Translations under genes and position numbers: made by a program | Source: Lama guanicoe | Lineage: Eukaryota | Length of the DNA stretch: 64,000 bases | Assembly (NCBI GenBank): GCA_013239625.1 | Contig: MU053561.1 | Location: 2,744,283 to 2,808,282, forward strand | Direction: 5' to 3' | Notes under the pieces: model-generated | Seen by the model: the letters and a program-made list of their open reading frames with translations, nothing else | What the model was told of the DNA's origin: nothing | Databases searched by the model: none | Part shown: piece by piece, positions 63,050 through 64,000 of the stretch | How positions within the stretch are numbered: position 1 is the first letter of the stretch | Layout: every line of letters starts with the position of its first letter

Positions 63050-63230
63050 TGGCTCTGAGTGCAGGCTCTTCTAGACAAGAGCTGTGTGACCTTTGGCAAG
63101 TTATTCTACCTCTCTGAGCCTGTTCCTTTCTTTGAAAAATGGAGATCATGCACTTAGATCACAGGTGACTGTTGGAAGTCAATCAGATAATGAATGTGAA
63201 AGTGCTTTGTAAACTGTAAAACTATACGCG
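63050..63230 (+). mobile_element. MIR SINE; other MIRs at ~1285-1445, 2250-2620, 6285-6480 and 55190-55345
   Basis: gctgtgtgacctttggcaagtta...ctctctgagcctg...aaaatggagat...tgtgaaagtgctttgtaaactgtaaa core. Confidence 0.8.
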
Positions 63231-64000
63231 AAGACAAGGGCCTGCTCTGACTACAGCTCTGTGCACCGGCGTTTCTGGGAGCTGTTTCCCGGGAGGGGTG
63301 CTGGGCCGCCTGCCCCTTTGTGAGTCAACAGCAATCAGAGAGGCAGCAGCTGGGGGCAGGGGTCAGGGTGCTCGTACATCTGGAGAACAAACGGAGCTCA
63401 GCTCAAAGTCACAAGGAAACCCTTCTCTGGCCAAACGTTCCTAGGAAGATGCTGTTGCACGTGAAGCGAGGCTGGGCCCAGGAGCAAGCCAGAGGCTCAG
63501 AAACCCAGCTACACAGATGTTCCGACGGCAGTGGTTTGTCGATCCTTGCTTTCTTTCCCAGGTCTCTCTCTGACCCAGAGACATAGCCTCTCTATGCGCT
63601 GTGGATGAAGGGGCTTCCCCTAGAGAAACAGGCATAATCCTAACCTTCTGTGAAGCTGGGCAGGGAACGGAAGGGGGATCCCTTAGGCTCTGCCTGCTCG
63701 GAGGAAGGGCCAGGGCCGATGGCGGCCGCCTCGGGCTGAGCCGAGGACTTCCCGGGGTCTGGCCCAGAAGGCTGGGGGGGCCCAGGGCAGGCCTCGGACA
63801 AGTTGGGAGCATCGGGCTAAGCCATACAGCCACTTGCTTGTCTTCTCTGAGTCCTCAGACAGGGTGACCACACCCTTATCTGGGCACCCTGGGGAATGTA
63901 GGACACAGTCTGGTCACAGGTGTGTCCAGCCAGTCCCTCCGGGTGCTTTCTGTGGGGGACGATCCAGTGTGTCTTGGACGGAGGCAGCTGTGGCTCTGTC

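Noticed and set aside
62344..64000. CD2 Ig-domain exon
   Set aside because: No frame resembles CD2 domain 2; this stretch is intron containing a MIR.

Overview
Mammalian genomic DNA, most likely a camelid: it has five tRNA-derived SINEs resembling the camelid vic-1 family and a cetartiodactyl-type L1 3' end. The right end holds the last two exons of CD2 on the minus strand (transmembrane exon 62221-62343, cytoplasmic-tail exon 58621-58943), followed by the 3' UTR and a dense ETS/RUNX/TCF/E-box cluster where the CD2 3' enhancer/LCR is expected. The remaining ~56 kb downstream of CD2 looks like repeat-rich intergenic DNA: L1, HAL1, L2, MIR, many LTRs, a degraded class I ERV with a CpG-rich LTR, and MER20/MER82/MER104. 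The main unexplained signal came from manual reading of the non-repeat islands. They contain about 25 minus-strand exon-like segments from ~46.1 kb to base 1, mostly with canonical splice sites, in compact clusters with 80-270 bp introns, and with intron phases that chain over runs of 4-8 exons despite scattered stops. This suggests a large decayed multi-exon gene that I cannot name; one segment resembles a Frizzled-type cysteine-rich domain. The call is manual and unverified. Repeat family names are from recalled consensus and boundaries are approximate unless a target-site duplication (TSD) is given.
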